From: Eledone cirrhosa
Lineage: Eukaryota
Assembly: GCA_964016885.1 (NCBI GenBank)
Contig: OZ024743.1
Span: forward strand, 150,350,001 to 150,414,000
Reading direction: 5' to 3'
Length of the DNA: 64,000 bases
The translations under genes and the position numbers were made by a program. This document shows positions 25,927-38,157 of this stretch, one piece after another (positions within the stretch are counted from its first letter, which is position 1; every line of letters starts with the position of its first letter). Under the pieces are notes generated by a model. It did not search any database and had not been told where the DNA came from. It worked only from the letters and a program-made list of their open reading frames with translations.

Positions 25927-26389
25927 TAAATATGGCCTCTTGCAAAAGTTTGAGCATTTTCCTTGGGTTCTTATCTACAGGTACCCTACTTACATACATA
26001 CACACACACATACATATATGCGTGCCCTTATGTGACCCTATCTCTAATTAAATATGCATGCATACATGTGTGTGTGTATGTAAAAAGTAAACAGAAATAA
26101 CAAAGCAAATGACACAGTACAATAAAGGAATATATTAGTTTAACACTCACATATTTATGGGCTTCCACACAATTTCAATTAACCAACTTTCAACCTCAAG
26201 GTATTGGTTCACTCAGGGCTATGGTTAAAAACACTTGATGTAACTGCCAGTGCTCTGGAATAAAATTGAAGTACAAGGTTAAGAACTGAATTTCATAACA
26301 CAGTGATGTATGCCATGAGTAGGGGGAATCATCAGATAAGTCATTAAAATCCATGTATCTGAAAGCAATCATTATTAAATTGATGATTG

Positions 26390-26570
26390 GGGCGGTGGAT
26401 TGGCAGTATCGGTAGAGGGTCAGACGCCATGCTTTCCAGAATAGTTACGTCCCTTTACGATCTGAGTTCAAATCCCGCCGAGGTTGACTTTCCCTTTCAT
26501 CCTTACGGGGTCGAGAAAATAAAGTACCAGTAATGCACTGGCCTTGTGCCTAAAGTAGAAACAATTATTA
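26390..26570 (+). mobile_element. SINE family A copy
   Basis: GGCGGTGGATTGGCAGTATCGG..GAGTTCAAATCCCGCCGAGG..GTAGAAACAATTATT. Confidence 0.87.
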
Positions 26571-27414
26571 AATTGATGATGATGATGACATGTAATATTG
26601 TAATATATATGGTAGATAGATACTTTCGGAAAGGAGCCGATCATCAAATCAGACAAAGGGATAAAAGTTCTTCCATTGGTCTTTCCACTGCTAATACTAT
26701 CTCCTGGCTGCAATTCCTGCTAGAAGCCTCATTGATTCTCTGATGAAAAGAGCTTGGAATGCACAGTGTCATGTAATATTCTGCAAAGAAAATCGTTATA
26801 TCTTTAACAATTCTGCTAATAGTGAAGAAGGTGAGTAGCTTAATGGTTAGAGAGTTAGATTCACAATCGTTGAATCCTTGAGCAAGACACTTTATTTCAC
26901 ATTGGTCGTTCTGCCAGGAGTTGCGACCAGTAGATAGTATAAGCAATGGAAAGACCAATGGAAACATTGTTTCCTTGGTCAAATTTGACAAAGGCCACCC
27001 CACTCAGCAAGCAAATGATGTCTGAGATCGTGTCAATCGATAAGAACGAGAACTACCCATAATATGATGCTTTATTTATTAACCCCCAAATGGATGACCT
27101 TGGCAGGATTTGAACATGGATCACAGAGAATGGGAACAAATACTGAGGCATTTAATCTGTCACTCTAACAACTCTGCCATATAAATATGTTTTCTTATTT
27201 GTATATATATATATATCTTGGGGAGGGTCATATTTGTGTAATATTGCCAGAATTAATAACAGAACACACTCACTGTTTGGTTGGTTTTCGCTTTTCGCTT
27301 CTGTGTCTTTTATATCGGTAATCTAATTTATTCGGTCCTCAATGTTGCCATTGACTGACCAACGGTCAAAAATAATACAGATACAATATAGACACAAACA
27401 CATATATATAGTTT

Positions 27415-27457
27415 ATCAAAGTTCTTTCGTTGCACATCTGCAACATCGTCAGTGGTG
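27415..27457 (-). ncRNA. Hammerhead ribozyme-like motif (type I minimal, partly decayed)
   Basis: Minus strand CACCA-CTGACGA-T-GTTGCA-GATG-TGCAAC-GAAA-GAACTT-TGAT: intact core and perfect 6-bp stem II; stems I and III imperfect. Confidence 0.6.
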
Positions 27458-28161
27458 CTATTGTTTCCTCCCGTTACATTGTATGTCTACGCCATTTTTA
27501 TTTTATCGCAAAACTATATATGTATCCATCTATACTTAAACGGAAAAAATAAAACGAAATTTCATTTCCCACTCTTAGTACGGCTGTTACTTAAATATAA
27601 GTATGTATACGTACATACATATATGTATACAGACGTACAGTAGTATGTATATATATACATACATGCACACATATATATATGTACGTATGGATTAACCGAA
27701 CATTTATTATAATGCTCGGTGTGTTTGTAATAATACATAAACATGCATGCATATGTACATAAATATATATGTGTGCATACATAGACATACAGATGTAAAC
27801 ATATTTGCATGTCTATATTGATATACATAGAAGTATATGCATGCATGCATACATAAATACTTAGATATACACATACATCCATACTTAAACATACATATGT
27901 AAACATAGATGCGTACCTGCATACATACAAAAAACACATATATAAGTATAGATGTAAGTATGTATACGGACATACATATATGTATACAGACGCACAGTAG
28001 TATATATATATATATACATATATGCACACATATATATATATGTACGTATGGATTCACCGAACATTTATTATAATGCTCGGTGTGTTTGTAAACAAACATC
28101 CCGTATTAAGCCGTAGTGTCTAGTAACCATCGTTGCTCGTTTGTTTAACACTGACAAAGGA

Positions 28162-28204
28162 ACGCTGTACTAGTTTCAAGCTTATTAGCTATCGTCAGCA
28201 ACGT
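28162..28204 (-). ncRNA. Minimal type I hammerhead ribozyme
   Basis: Exact reverse complement of 28693-28735. Confidence 0.78.
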
Positions 28205-28692
28205 ATACCTTCCTGCCAGATGATTGAACGTCTGAAAGTATATAATTTCCTTATGCATATTAACGGCTGAACAGCCTAATTTGCATATCGAGTGGGTTAA
28301 TTGGCCGGGTGCACCGAAAACGATAAACGGAAAAAATGAAACGAAATTTCATTTCCCACTCTTAGTACGGCTGTTACTTAAATATAAGTATGTATACGTA
28401 CATACATATATGTGAATCCATACGTACATATATATATGTGTGCATGTATGTATATATATATACATACTACTGTACGTCTGTATACATATGTGTATGTACG
28501 TATACATACTTATATTTAAGTAACAGCCATACTAAGAGTGGGAAATGAAATTTCGTTTCATTTTTTCCGTTTATCGTTTTCGGTGCACCCAGCCGATTAA
28601 CCCACTCGATATGCAAATTAGGCTGCTCAGCCGTTAATATGCATAAGGAAAGTATATACTTTCAGACGCTCAATCATCTGGCAGGAAGGTAT

Positions 28693-28735
28693 ACGTTGCT
28701 GACGATAGCTAATAAGCTTGAAACTAGTACAGCGT
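28693..28735 (+). ncRNA. Minimal type I hammerhead ribozyme
   Basis: ACGTTG-CTGACGA-TAGC-TAATAA-GCTT-GAAAC-TA-GTA^-CAGCGT: 6-bp stem I (one GU), full core, 3-bp stem II, palindromic ACTAGT stem III, predicted cleavage after 28729. Confidence 0.78.
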
Positions 28736-30411
28736 TTCTTTGTCAGTGTTAAACAAACGAGCAACGATGGTTACTAGACACTACGGCTTAATACGGTACG
28801 GGATGTTTGTTTACAAACACACCGAGCATTATAATAAATGTTCGGTGAATCCATACGTACATATATATATGTGTGCATGTATGTATATATATATACATAC
28901 TACTGTACGTCTGTATACATATATGTATGTACGTATACATACTTACATCTATACTTATATATGTGTTTTTTGTATGTATGCAGGCACGCATCTATGTTTA
29001 CATATGTATGTTTAAGTATGGATGTATGTGTATATGTAAGTATTTATGTATGTATGCATGCATATACTTCTATGTATATCAATATAGACATGCAAATATG
29101 TTTACATTTGTATGTCTATGTATGCACACATATATATTTATGTACATATGCATGCATGTTTATGTATTATATTTGTGTGCATGTGAGACTCTGCATATAT
29201 GTGTAAGATCTTTATTAGAGCTACTTAATGCTAAATATATTTTTTAAATGTGTATGATTTGGGAAATGTTTAGTATGGGTGGTGGTGGCATTGGTATATA
29301 ATTGGAAGAGATTGAAATCCATGTAAATAATATGAGGTCATTGAGGAAGAGGGAGAAGGGAATTGGGATGTGACAAATTCTTTGATGAATACTTGAATTG
29401 GCAGTTATAAGGAAATCAAAAAGTACTCCATCTATAGTTATTGCTATGGAGTAGCTATAGTGAGGAAATTCTTCACAGATAGTGTTTAAAGCCAGTAAAT
29501 TCAATGCTGAACTTAATCATATATTTTAGCTTAATCATTGCTATAGGCATCATATGATGTTTTATATCAATGACTAAAGAAATTATTACTGTGTAGCAGC
29601 AAGATTAGCTCAGAAATACATATTTCTTTCAGAACCTATATTGGGGATTACTGAGTATAAAAGAAGATTATTGTTGCAATTGTTGTTTAGCACTCAGGAC
29701 AGATCTGTGATCAAAAACAATCTAGCTAAGAACATCCTATTACTTTTTCAGAGAGTGTATCTAGTACTACGTGATGTATAGTCTCCTTCCTTCTTAAAAA
29801 CAATAGGGTATGATTTAAGGGAAATTTGATAGTTATTTCTAGCACTGCATGAAATCACATAGAGGCTCCCTAATTGGCTCATATAACAGAAGGATTGATA
29901 TAGATATGAAATAATGATAATGTGAAATTGCATATATGGATGTGTGTGTGTGTGTGCATGCACATATTTGTATGTGTATGTGCATGTGTGCATGGTTTGT
30001 AAAGTAAAGTAGACTTAGGACATGTTTTTCAGAAAACTTGTATGTTAAACTCACAACTCACTGTGAAAAATAGATCCCATGGAAAAACCATAAAACACAG
30101 GTCTTTTCTTCTGTGATCAGATTAGGCAGACAATTTTAGTTCTATCAAAATTTCTGCATATTATATATAGTTATAAGCTACTATTTGCTCAGTCATCAGG
30201 AAAATAAGTAACCAATTTCTAATGAAGCAGTAATAAATGTTGAATGTAGGTGTGTTAATCTTTATTTCCTGACAACAGAGAAGCAACCAGATACTTTTCT
30301 ATCTACATTTACAGCTAGGCTAAAATGTATGCTTACTAAAATCACATGCTTGTATGTCTACCTTACATTTCTTATTATCTTATTACTGTGTAGTGTCTCT
30401 TTATATATATA

Positions 30412-30582
30412 TAGTAAACCCTGACCAAGATGGATGGATAACATTCATAAGCTTGACTGGTCTCGCTTGGGGAACCAACTGGATCAGATGGAGGTGGTTG
30501 CTACTGAAAGGGCTCGCTGAAAGGAGTGGTTGAGGACACTTTTCCCAAGATCCACCCAGGAATAAGTGGGTGAAGAAGAAGG
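30412..30582 (+). mobile_element. RTE 3' end fragment
   Basis: PRWMDNIHKLDWSRLGNQLDQMEVVA, then a GAA tail; same family as 12795-13245. Confidence 0.7.
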
Positions 30583-30584
30583 TA

Positions 30585-33010
30585 TTACAATCCCACAAGA
30601 TCTATGACCAACTCCATAGTCAGAAATGCGTCTCTTAGGATCTCCAGGCTGTCTGCCTTTGAGTTCACCTTCAATGTACATGCAGACTATTACAATGCGG
30701 CTCTCCACAAAGCCAGCTATGACGATCCAATAAAATTTATTTCTAATACACCAGACAGACAGCGAAACTGTTCCGCCATCAATACAGACATATAAATTAT
30801 GAGAACCTCTTGAATAACTGTTCCATCACCAGTGCACTAGCGAGACCTTTGATTAATCGAAATCAAGATCTTAAGTTAAGAAAACACCAGAGTCGTCTCA
30901 CTCCAAGTCCTACATTGTTTAATCTTCTACATAATGATTTAGTTACTACCAAAATATCTTCTCTTTTCTTTAGACTAATAGATGAAAATTTTCCTCCCTC
31001 ATATAAGTATCACCTGAAAGCTGCCAGGGACCAATTCTATGCTGATCCTACGGAGGAGAGGATGGAGACTGTGGAGGTGATGAGGGAAGAGCTCTGTACC
31101 GCTTACACTGAGGTCAGAGAGGAGGCACTGATAGAGAAGATCAGAAGTGTGGAGAGAGCGGTTGACAGATCTGGATGTAAGGAGAGCTGGATGATCATCA
31201 ACGAGATCACAGGGAGGAAGAAAAGGTGTTCGAGTCAGATCCAGGGAACGGGGCCCGAGGATAGGAAGAGGAAATGGCTAGACCATTTTAGGACGCTACT
31301 AGGAGAGCCACCCTCCACAGCCCAGAGCACTGGGGAGATCAAGCGGCTGTTTGAGGAACTGGATGTTGAGACAGAGCCCTTCACCAGAGAGGAGCTTCAG
31401 AGAGCCAAGAAGAAGATCAAGGAGGGCAAGGCTCATGGAGAAGATGGAGTGGCATCAGAGGTGATGAAGAGGTGTGATTTTGATGATATCATCCTGGGGT
31501 TCTGTAACGGGGCACTGGAGAAAGGAGTTGCCCCGAATCAGTGGAGGATCAGTAACATCGTCCCAGTGCCAAAGAAGGGAGATCTCTCTAACACCAACAA
31601 CTACCGGGGGATCTCACTGACGTCACTTGTGGCAAAGACCCTCAACACGATGATTCTTAACAGGATCCAGCCTGAGATGGAGAAGAAGCTCAGGGACAAC
31701 CAGAACGGCTTCAGAGAGGGTAGATCAACCACCAGTCACATCCTGATGCTGAGGAGGATATTAGAGGGAGCTAGAGCAAAGTGCCTTCCTGCGGTCATGG
31801 TTTTCATTGACTTTAGGAAGGCCTTTGATTCTGTGGACCGTTACTGCCTGATGAAGATCTTACAGGCTTATGGGGTCCCCAAGAGGATAGTGGACCTGAT
31901 ATCACTGCTCTACACCAACACCAAAGCCCAAGTCATTACACCTGATGGGATGACAGAGTTCTTTGAGATACTGGCTGGAGTGCTCCAGAGAGATACATTG
32001 GCTCCCTACCTTTTTATCATCGTAGTGGAGTATTGTATGCGCCTTGCACTGGAGAAACACCAGGACTCTGGCTTTACTGTAGCACCGGCTCAGAGCAGGA
32101 GAGTTGGGGCGAAAAAGGTATCGGATGCTGAATTTACCGACGACATAGTTTTGGTGACAAATACAGTGAAGGAGGCAGAGGATTTGATGCGGGAGGTTGA
32201 GACTGTGTCGATGAGTGTGGGGCTGAGAATGAATGAGAATGAACAAAATATCTGGTAGAGAATGTTGAGAAGCCAGAGGGGATCACTAATGTAGGTGGGA
32301 AGCCGCTGGAATTGGTTGAGGACTTCCTGTATTTGGGAGCAAAGATTGGGAATACGGAAGATGATGTGGTTGAGAGGAAGAGCAAGGCCTGGGTGGCGTG
32401 CCACAGCTTGAGATCGGTGTGGAAGTCGGACCTTCGTAGAGACCTGAAAATCCGCCTCTTCATTGCTGTAGTGGAGTCTGTGCTGCTGTATGGGTCTGAG
32501 ACTTGGACACTGACCAAGAAACTCACTCAGATGGTGGATGGGTGCTACACGAGAATGCTGAGGATGGCTCTGAACATTAATCAGTATACACTGAGGATGA
32601 AAAACTCAGAGCTGTATGGGAGCATCCCAAAAGTCAGCTCAAAAGTGACACAGAGGAGACTGAGGTTGGCTGGACATGCTCACCGACATCCAGAGTTGAC
32701 ATTGCACTCAGTGCTCCTTTGGGAGCCCCTACATGGACACACTAGAAGAGGAAGACCAAGGTTAACATATGTTGATGCCCTAAGGACAGACACTGGTCTG
32801 TTGGAGATGCAGGATATGGCAGCGATAATGAGGGACAGAGACCGCTGGAGAGAACTCGTCCATGGATCTCGAGAATTTTACCCGCCTTAGATAGATAGAT
32901 AGATATAAGTATCATAGAATCTTAAATAGAAAAATAGTCCTGTTGTCCTACTCTACTATGGCAAATCTTAGTAGTTTCATAATGAGATTAAATAATAAAC
33001 ATCTCCCTGA
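30585..33010 (+). mobile_element. Penelope-like ORF fragment (thumb/linker), split by the RTE at 31013-32902
   Basis: NASLRISRLS..YYNAALHKASY..TTKISSLFFRLIDENFPPSYKY on the left continues as HRILNRKIVLLSYSTMANLSSFI..NNKHL on the right. Confidence 0.75.
31013..32902 (+). mobile_element. 5'-truncated RTE-clade LINE, relatively young
   Basis: RT motifs PVPKKGDL..NYRGISL, QNGFR, FIDFRKAFDSV, GVLQRDTLAP, EFTDDI, FLYLG, LLYGSETWT; one frameshift near 32250; (ATAG)n tail; 12-bp TSD ATATAAGTATCA at 31001-31012 and 32903-32914. Confidence 0.93.
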
Positions 33011-33029
33011 GTACAACAACAATAATGTG

Positions 33030-34790
33030 TCACTACACGAACACTTTATAGTGTGGGCTGGGTGCTTTTTGTTGTGGCGCCATCATGACCACTTTATATT
33101 GTGGGCTAGGGGGCTTTTGTGGGAGAGGTGTGTGGGGATTGGGGTGGTGAGCATATGGGCATGTGTGAGGGACTGAGTGTTAGGATGTGGGAGGTGAATG
33201 GAAGGGGGATGGAGGTGAAAGTAGTGTTCACTAGATGTATGGCTATGCATATTGTGTAATCTATCTGTCACCCTGTGCTACTGAGAGGTGAATCGAAGGG
33301 GTGTTGGAGGTGAAGATGGTGCATACTATATGCTTCAGCCTATGCTCATGGGAAGGTAGATCTTCTGTGTTACTGCATCACATCAGAGATCACGGTTCTG
33401 TGTCATCACCTTTGAGAGGTAATTGTGCAAGGTCAGCTTTTATCACCTCATCCCAAGTCTTCCTGGGTTTTCCTACTCCATAGCTTCCATCAACTTTGAG
33501 TGCTCTACAACTTTTATGCAGCTATCACATTTCATATGCATCACATGTCCACACCAATGCAATCTCCTCTCCTGCACACTGCATCTGATTCCTCTTATGC
33601 CTAGTTTCTCTCTCAGTTCGTTTATGCTTTGCCATTCACATATATTACTATTACACATCCATCAAAGTATGTCAACTTCATTTCTTTCCAATCTATATAA
33701 GTCCTCTGCACACAGTGACCAGGCCTTACTACCATGCAACATTGCACACATCATACAATCTGCCTCTCATTTTGAAGGAAAAGACTTTTGTAGCTAACAG
33801 TGGTAGTAACTTCCTGAACTTCTTCCATCCCATTCTCACTCTGGCCACTGTACTTTTGGTACATCTACTTTCATTGCTAATTTGGTCATCCAGGTAGCAG
33901 AAACTGTCTACTGCTTCTACCGAACCTTCCTAGAATTTCATTTCTTTGTTTCCTGCGATTGTTTGCTGCTTACTGAGATAACACTATATCTTTTGTGTAC
34001 CAATAGTTTGCATTTGGGACAGAGGATGGAATTTCTACCTACTCTACTTGAGTAAGGCCATTTCCCTGAGGAGATCAGGGCTCTGTTTTCCCTTCTATTT
34101 AATAGGACTTTAGTGTTTGTCAGGTTGACTTTAAGACACGTTGTTTCTAGGCCATGCTTCCAGGTTTGGAATTTCTTCTATAATTCTGCCATAGATTCCG
34201 CTATGAGTGTAAGATCATCCCTGTACAGGAGTTCCTCTGGGGGACAGCCAGTCATAAACTCCTCTGTTATAGCCTGCAGAATGATAATCACCTGTTTTAT
34301 AACACCTTCTGAAACCTTCATAACCTGGTCCATCAACTTGGTGCTTCTATAGTTTCCTCTGTCTAGTGCATCTTCTTTACCCTCATAGCAGTTGACAATG
34401 ATGCTGTTGCACCAATCATTCAATATAACACCATTTAGGATTACTTGGTTTACAATACAAGTGATTAAGGTGTTACCCATCGACACAGACGCTCTCAGAA
34501 TCTCAGCAACTATCCCCAATCGACCGTCTGCTTTCCTGGTCTCCATATCCTTAATTGCCTTACTTACTACACTGTTGCTGACTTGTATGGCTGGCCCTGA
34601 TAGGTCCACTTGGGGTATCTCTTTCTACCATGCATTCTCCTCATTCAGTAATCTTTCATAATGGCTCTGTCATGTTATTTTCTTTTCAGCATCTGTGAGT
34701 GCATGTGCACCCTTATCATCATGGACACACTTGTCATCAATGACATCACAATTTTCTCCAACACACCACCTCGCAATCCTGAACACCTCA
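33030..34790 (-). mobile_element. RTE LINE remnant with 3'UTR
   Basis: NDWCNSIIVNCYEGKEDALDRGNYR..ELLYRDDL; ELREKLGIRGIRCSVQERRLHW; same family as 22510-24300 and 49272-50325. Confidence 0.85.
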
Positions 34791-36121
34791 CGCATATGTA
34801 TATATATAAATATATATATATATAAAGAGGGTGTGGTAAGATACCAGGTGGACCATAATGTATCAGTGTACTCAATACTTAGGGTAGCGGATCTAGCTGT
34901 CAAAACGGCCGGAGCTCAGCTGTCGGGGTCCTGACTCTTTTCCTATATATATGTGTGTGTGTGTGTGTGCGTGAGAGAGAGAGCAATGAAACATCAATAA
35001 GCTGAGAGAAAAACAGGGCATAAGAGGTATCAGTTTTGCAAGAGATTAAAATGAGGGTGGCTACCCACCTACCTCCCTCCAACCTAAAGCCAAAGAAGCA
35101 CAACACTCAGGTCCCACCTCCCATCTAACAGTATATTTCTGAATTCCTTGTCAGCATATTCCTGATACCATTCCTCCCCCTTAAACCCAAATAAGCAGAG
35201 AAATGGAAAAGCTTTCAGATCCTCTCCTGCTAGCATACTCTGGATCTTTTCACCTAATCCATGCTAGCATGGAAAGCTAGAGCAAACCTTGGCTGATTCA
35301 CCTTCCATGCTGAAAACTTACATCCCCTATACTTTTCCAACTCAGAAAAGCCCAGCATATCCTCAAATGACAGACACTACCTACACACTTGCTCCAAGGC
35401 CACTTCTATGATCTCTGCCCCTTCCCTACTCTAAGAAGTTTATAAATACCCTATTTTAGGCCATCAAGGTTTGCAAGGCATGCCCCACAATATGTCAGAC
35501 ACAATCCACTTGCTTCAAAGCGATGTCTGTGATCCCAATCTCTAGCAGTGTGATGTCTACCCCTACCCCAACCCTCTGTGTATAAAAAAGGAGGTGTTTG
35601 AGGAAAATCTGTTGTTGGTGTTGTTTAGCCCCAGGAAAACCTTAATTGAGGAGAACTATAATCAATCATCAAAATCATGTTTCTTATACAGATACAGTGT
35701 ATCAAAACTGCATTCTTTAATGTATCCTACTCTTTTTAAGACTGCTGGGTGAGATTTGAAGGAGGTCTTGCTTCCATTTCTATTAGGTTACACAACTGCA
35801 TGGAGATTCCCCTTGTTTGTCCTCTGCAATATAATGTTTCTGATCGCTTAGTCTCATGTGTTTTGTAGCACAGCTACTTTACTATCTTACTGGTTCCATA
35901 AACAGATTACAATTATAACAGTATATATTACATGTAAAATTTTAAAAAAGAAATATCTTAAACAGACACACTCATAAGAAACCTTTACATATGAAGATAA
36001 TTAAAATTTACTATAATTGTTTTTTTTTTGTTCTACATATTTTTCCTTCTGTATACCAGCCCCCCCCCCTCTCTCATACACACAGTCTCTCTCTTCCTCA
36101 TTCATTTTAAGACATACTTAA

Positions 36122-36332
36122 CCTTTGCATTACCATATTTCTAATGAGATGCACTGCATTTGAAATAATTAATAAAACATTTGGAGGGCTTTACTAAAAT
36201 TATTAATCATTTCAATATTAAGATAGTATTTGTAACATAACAAAAGGTTTGTATATCAAATTATGTAAGATTTTAATTAAATTAGGGGCCCTTTAAAATG
36301 GGTGCTTTTGTTTCAGGTTGCTATCAAAAGAG
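36122..36332. mobile_element. Degenerate piggyBac-type MITE
   Basis: TTAA-CCTTTG.. at left and ..CAAAAGAG-TTAA at right. Confidence 0.45.
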
Positions 36333-36489
36333 TTAATGTTAAAATCACCAATATAATAGGTGTAGACATAACTGTGTGGTTAGGATGTTCCCTATGTGGT
36401 ATAAGGTTAGATTTCACTACTCTGAAACAAAGGAAAGTGTCACCCACAGTATTCTCAGATTAACAAATGCCTTATAGAAGCCTGCCATA

Positions 36490-36910
36490 CATATACTCTT
36501 TTATTCTCTTACATGTTCCAACTGACAGGCTGAGGTCATGCTGGGGCACCACCATTGTTGAGACACTTTCTATAACCAGCCTTCCTTGGTTGGCCATTGA
36601 TCTAAGAGAGAGTTTGTGGCTGCTGCCCCTAACCCAGTCATCGTGCTGTGGGTTCATTTGGAATCTTGATTAGCAGAATGTTGAGATATTTCTTGAAAAC
36701 ATCTACATACATGCCATGTAGATCTCTCAGATTTTTTTGGCAGCTTATTAAAAAGCTGGGGGCCTTTGAACCCCAGGCTATTGCAGTAACTGATCCTTAT
36801 TCTTGATGTAAAGAAGGGGATCTTTGATCATCACAGTGGTGTCCTGTTCATGGGTTGGTTCAACTCTCAATGCCAAAGTTTGGTGTGAGCCCTTCCAGGA
36901 TCTTCCATAC
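36490..36910 (-). mobile_element. CR1-clade LINE 3' fragment
   Basis: WKILEGLTPNFGIES..CNSLGFKGPQLFNKLPKNLRDLHGMYVDVFKK..IPDEP. Confidence 0.8.
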
Positions 36911-38109
36911 ACATATCACTATATATCTCTCCTGTCTTCACATCTATATGTGTGTTTGTCTGTCTGTCTGTATGTGTGTGTATATGTGTGTGTGTGTATG
37001 CATGTGTGTATATATGTGCATGTGCATATGTGTCAGTGTGTTGTGTATGTTGTGTATGCTCATATGTGTTGTGTATACTTGTGTAAACTGACATGGTATT
37101 TTGATTCTTGTTATGCCTAAGATTAGAATTAAACATTAGGTTATTCAATAAATAGATATTGATAAGATAAGTACTTGATTAAGACAAGTATCGGGGTTGA
37201 TATGATTTATTAAAATCTTTGAATGAGGTACACCAGTATGGCCACAATCCAATAATTGAAACCAATAACAGAATATAAAATCTAAAAGAATGGACGAATG
37301 ATTTGTTCAACCTCTCAGGTGAAATTTCTCAAGGAATCAAAGTTAACACTGATAATGTTATGCCTGTTAGTAATTCTAGAAATACATAAAAATAATACTT
37401 AATTGATTAATTGTTTTAAAAGTCTATATTGAATCTCCAACAAGAATTTCATCTAAAATTTATACAAAAATATATAGCATGTCTTCATTGATTCCTCCTC
37501 CCCTCAAAATATGTTTAATCTTAAGTATATGTTTTTAAACTTAACCAATTGCTTCCTTTTCATGACAGTCACCATGAAGATCTCAGTCCTTAAACAATGA
37601 TTTACCTTTGAAAAATTGGGAAGAGTCTATCCTGTCTGAGGAAGGAGCCCCATGAGGTAGAGAGGTTGATACAGCTATGATATACCATCTAAACAGGAGT
37701 GCAGTGTCTAACACACCTTCCCTGTTTTTCCATACTTTTGCTATTTAATTTTTTTCCCTCTATTTTCTTCCTTTTTTATTGCCATGAATAGCATTTTGTT
37801 TCATAATACTTTTAGTACAGAAAATATACTAAGAATTTGAAGAGTGTGTTTTTACTAAAGCAAAATAAAATGCTGTTTTTCTTTATGAGAATATTTGCAA
37901 GAGTTAAAACATAAGTTACATAAAATAGTAGCAATGTGTTTTAAAATGGAAATATCATTGGTATTGATAATAATTTATTGTTAACATTCACTTCTATGTC
38001 TTTTTGCTTTCATGGCACATCCAGCAGCAGATCATAAATAGTTGAATATTTTTTTAAAAAGTATATACACACACACGTATATATATATAATATCATATAT
38101 ATATATAAT

Positions 38110-38157
<48 letters not shown>

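Larger units (their letters stand above)
27730..29169. repeat. Large palindrome (~685-bp arms, ~70-bp spacer) with internal 433-bp periodicity; Penelope pseudo-LTR/retrozyme-like
   Basis: 27730-28413 is the reverse complement of 28484-29169 with scattered substitutions and one 5-bp indel; 28412-28511 repeats directly at 28845-28944; 27538-27730 is a further partial unit. Confidence 0.95.

Noticed and set aside
26624-26780. Minus-strand exon candidate with a good acceptor
   Set aside because: Stops in all three frames; part is an inverted copy of SINE-like sequence at 26915-26965; bracketed by an 11-bp direct repeat, suggesting an insertion
27562-29247. Several 120-155-aa ORFs on both strands
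   Set aside because: Y/I/C/V/M-rich translations of TA/TG/CA microsatellite-like sequence, mirrored by the palindrome
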